From an uncultured Alphaproteobacteria bacterium (lineage in GTDB: Bacteria > Pseudomonadota > Alphaproteobacteria > RF32 > CAG-239): DNA of 64,000 nucleotides. The stretch spans positions 5,725-69,724 of the forward strand of contig CALXZI010000001.1 in assembly GCA_944393205.1 (NCBI GenBank), given 5' to 3'. The notes beneath the pieces were generated by a model. The model was not told where the DNA came from. It saw only the letters and a program-made list of their open reading frames with translations, and did not search any database. Within the stretch, counting starts at the first letter, position 1. Each line of letters begins with the position of its first letter. The translations under genes were made by a program, and so were the position numbers. This document shows, piece by piece, positions 61,829 to 64,000 of the stretch.

Positions 61829-62194
61829 TCTCTTGTTTATCAGGGCAAAACGAACCTGATAAAATAATAAACCACAACTTCTTTAATCGCCAATATGGCA
61901 AAAGTGATGCATCCACCGATTATAACAACGCATACATCCGGTAACAACTCTTTCATAATAGTAAAAGCATTAAGTTAAGTTAAATAATATATTTTATAAG
62001 CATATTATATTCAGTATGATTTTTTTCAGTATGATTTTTTTGTCAAGATAATTAACAAAAAAAATCACTTGCTGTTTTTGCTTGCATTTTAAAACGGAAG
62101 AGTATATAAACGCTTTTGAACGGGCGGTTCGGGCCAATCGGCATGCCTGACAGCCCTTAACATTAATCCAACAACCAAAGAAAGGATTTTTAAA

Positions 62195-62392
62195 ATGCCT
62201 AAATTAAAAACCAAGAGTTCCGCCAAAAAACGCTTCAGCGTTACCGGAACCGGAAAACTTAAAAGAAATTATGCATTCAAGAGACACTGCCTCTTCTGCA
62301 AATCCCAAAAAATGAAAAGACAGGCTCGCGGTTCTGTTCTGTTGAACGAAGCCGATGTTCAGATTGTCAAAAAGTTTTTACCGTATTTGTAA
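62195..62392 (+). CDS. rpmI: 50S ribosomal protein L35
   Basis: MPKLKTKSSAKKRF start, 65 aa. Confidence 0.95.
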   Translation: MPKLKTKSSAKKRFSVTGTGKLKRNYAFKRHCLFCKSQKMKRQARGSVLLNEADVQIVKKFLPYL

Positions 62393-62405
62393 GGAGGAAT
62401 AGAAG

Positions 62406-62765
62406 ATGTCACGTGTTAAAAGAGGTATGACCGCTCACGCCCGCCACAAGAAAATTCTTGATATGGCCAAAGGTTACAGAGGTCGCAATAAAAACGTATT
62501 CAGAGTTGCTGTTGAAAAGGTTGAAAAAGGTTTGCAATATGCATACCGTGACCGCAGAGCCAAGAAAAGAAGTTTCCGCGCTTTGTGGATTCAGCGCATC
62601 AACGCTGCAACCCGTTTGCATGATATGACTTACTCCCGATTTATCAGCGGGCTCGTTAAGGCAGGCATTGAGCTTGACCGTAAAGTCCTTGCTGATATCG
62701 CCTTAAAAGAGCCCCAAGCTTTTGCTAAACTGGTAGAATCTGCCAAAGCGGCTCTTAATAAGTAA
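62406..62765 (+). CDS. rplT: 50S ribosomal protein L20
   Basis: [18 protein letters not shown] start, 119 aa. Confidence 0.95.
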   Translation: MSRVKRGMTAHARHKKILDMAKGYRGRNKNVFRVAVEKVEKGLQYAYRDRRAKKRSFRALWIQRINAATRLHDMTYSRFISGLVKAGIELDRKVLADIALKEPQAFAKLVESAKAALNK

Positions 62766-62853
62766 GCAAATACCGTATTCTTAAAAAAGCAATAAAAAGA
62801 GTCATCTTGGCAGTCCAAGAAGGCTCTTTTTACGTATAAGAAAGTTTTAAACT

Positions 62854-63963
62854 ATGGAAGATTTAGAAAGTCTGAAAACGCAAATTTTGCAAAACATTGC
62901 CGCAGCGGCGGATTTGAAAAGCCTTGACGAGGTCAGGGTTGCCGCCATGGGCAAAAAAGGCGCGGTAACCGAAATGATGAAAGGCTTGGGTGCTTTGCCG
63001 CAAGAACAAAAAATTGAGGCCGGTAAAAAACTCAACGTTTTGAAAAACGAAATTGAACAAGCCGTTTCAAACCGTCGTGAAATTTTGGAAAGCGAAGCCT
63101 TAAACCAAAAACTCGCAACCGAAACCGTAGATATCACCCTGCCGGTGCGGCCGGAAGTTCAGGGGCGTGTGCATCCGGTTTCCAAAATTTATGAAGAAGT
63201 TGTCGCCATTTTCGGCCAAATGGGTTTTGACGTGGCTGAAGGTCCCGACATTGAAGACCAGTTCCACAACTTCAACGCCTTGAACATGCCGCCCAATCAT
63301 CCGGCACGCCAAATGCAAGACACTTTCTATCTTCCTCATGACGCGAACGAACCGTTTGACATGGACAAATCCTATGTTATCCGCACCCACACCTCGGGCA
63401 TGCAGATTCGCACCATGGAAAACAAAAAACCGCCGATTCGCATCATTGCTCCGGGGCGCACTTATCGTTCCGATTATGACGCCACCCACACCCCGATGTT
63501 TCATCAGGTGGAAGGTTTGGTAATTGACAAGACCACCACCATGGCGCACTTAAAAGGCTGCTTGTATGACTTTGTCAAAGCCTTTTTTGAGTTAGATGAA
63601 ATTCCGGTGCGCTACCGCCCGTCATATTTTCCGTTTACCGAACCGTCGGCGGAAATGGACATCGGCTGCTTAAAAACCAAAACCGAATTAAAAGTCGGCG
63701 CCGGCAGCGACTGGCTGGAAATTTTGGGCTGCGGCATGGTTCACCCCAATGTTTTAAAAGCCGGCGGCATAGATTCTGATGAATATCAAGGCTTTGCCTT
63801 TGGCGTCGGGCTTGACCGTCTGGCTATGCTCAAATACGGCATTCCTGATTTGCGGACGTTCTTTGAATCCGACGTCCGGTGGTTAAAAAATTACGGCTTC
63901 GCACCGCTGGATTTCTCTTCCATGACCGGCGGCTTAAGCAACAACGGAGGGCAGACACGATGA
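62854..63963 (+). CDS. pheS: phenylalanine--tRNA ligase alpha subunit
   Basis: 369 aa, class II aaRS motifs (RTHTSGMQIR, FRPSYFPFTEPSAE, GFAFGVGLDRLAMLKYGI). Confidence 0.95.
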   Translation: MEDLESLKTQILQNIAAAADLKSLDEVRVAAMGKKGAVTEMMKGLGALPQEQKIEAGKKLNVLKNEIEQAVSNRREILESEALNQKLATETVDITLPVRPEVQGRVHPVSKIYEEVVAIFGQMGFDVAEGPDIEDQFHNFNALNMPPNHPARQMQDTFYLPHDANEPFDMDKSYVIRTHTSGMQIRTMENKKPPIRIIAPGRTYRSDYDATHTPMFHQVEGLVIDKTTTMAHLKGCLYDFVKAFFELDEIPVRYRPSYFPFTEPSAEMDIGCLKTKTELKVGAGSDWLEILGCGMVHPNVLKAGGIDSDEYQGFAFGVGLDRLAMLKYGIPDLRTFFESDVRWLKNYGFAPLDFSSMTGGLSNNGGQTR

Positions 63964-64000
63964 AATTCACGTTATCTTGGCTGAAATCGCACTTGGAAAC
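63960..64000 (+). CDS. pheT: phenylalanine--tRNA ligase beta subunit, 5' end, 3' partial at window edge
   Basis: ATGA overlap with the pheS stop. MKFTLSWLKSHLE is the canonical PheT start. Confidence 0.8.
   Translation, partial: MKFTLSWLKSHLE

Overview
This 64-kb window looks like an alphaproteobacterium-like chromosome with moderate-to-low GC. The lineage is inferred from gene order (miaB-phoH-ybeY-lnt-HTH-trmB), an ELM1-family gene, an RHH_4-type gene and the ribosomal protein sequences; no organism can be named from sequence alone. No rRNA, tRNA or CRISPR could be supported by eye.

Core content, by position:
- 2.6-12.1 kb, minus strand: a nearly complete S10-spc ribosomal protein operon (rpsJ to rplO). 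It ends at a terminator without secY, adk or the alpha operon.
- 13.3-19.1 kb: trmB, an XRE-type HTH gene, lnt, ybeY, phoH-like and miaB.
- 20.7-22.2 kb: yggT, yggU and folD.
- 29.6-30.6 kb: trpS.
- 34.1-39.1 kb: a TetR-AcrA-AcrB efflux locus.
- 39.7-47.7 kb: a cbpA-like DnaJ gene, ELM1-like gene, yejA-yejB and accA.
- 47.8-49.7 kb: clpX and clpP.
- 52.1-60.6 kb: a TolC-like lipoprotein, a ymdB-like gene and a FadL-family outer-membrane gene.
- 62.2-64.0 kb: rpmI, rplT, pheS and the pheT 5' end.

Accessory or unusual content:
1. An epsilon/zeta-like toxin-antitoxin pair sits where secY would be expected (0.5-1.5 kb).
2. A translationally coupled TerY-P-like triad (vWA protein, PP2C phosphatase, membrane-anchored Ser/Thr kinase) is preceded by a previously unannotated 44-aa lipoprotein ORF (24.9-28.0 kb). 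A TerB-like gene lies about 5 kb upstream.
3. A tandem array of three near-identical ~520-bp paralogous genes, plus a truncated fourth copy, is divergently paired with a 501-aa hypothetical protein that has a possible R/S-T-S/Q-x-E ADP-ribosyltransferase-like motif pattern (30.7-34.0 kb).
4. A two-gene operon encodes a giant (~1138 aa) type IV pilin-like protein and a 263-aa Cys-containing partner (55.0-59.2 kb).
5. An orphan VirB8-like gene lies at 51.1-51.9 kb.
6. A very Cys-rich secreted protein lies next to a TlpA-like thioredoxin (23.4-24.8 kb).
7. Six GANTC (CcrM-type) sites, including a 3x 9-bp tandem repeat, cluster in the S10-operon leader (12.34-12.41 kb).

All functional calls rest on motif and architecture recognition by eye. 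None was confirmed by a database search.
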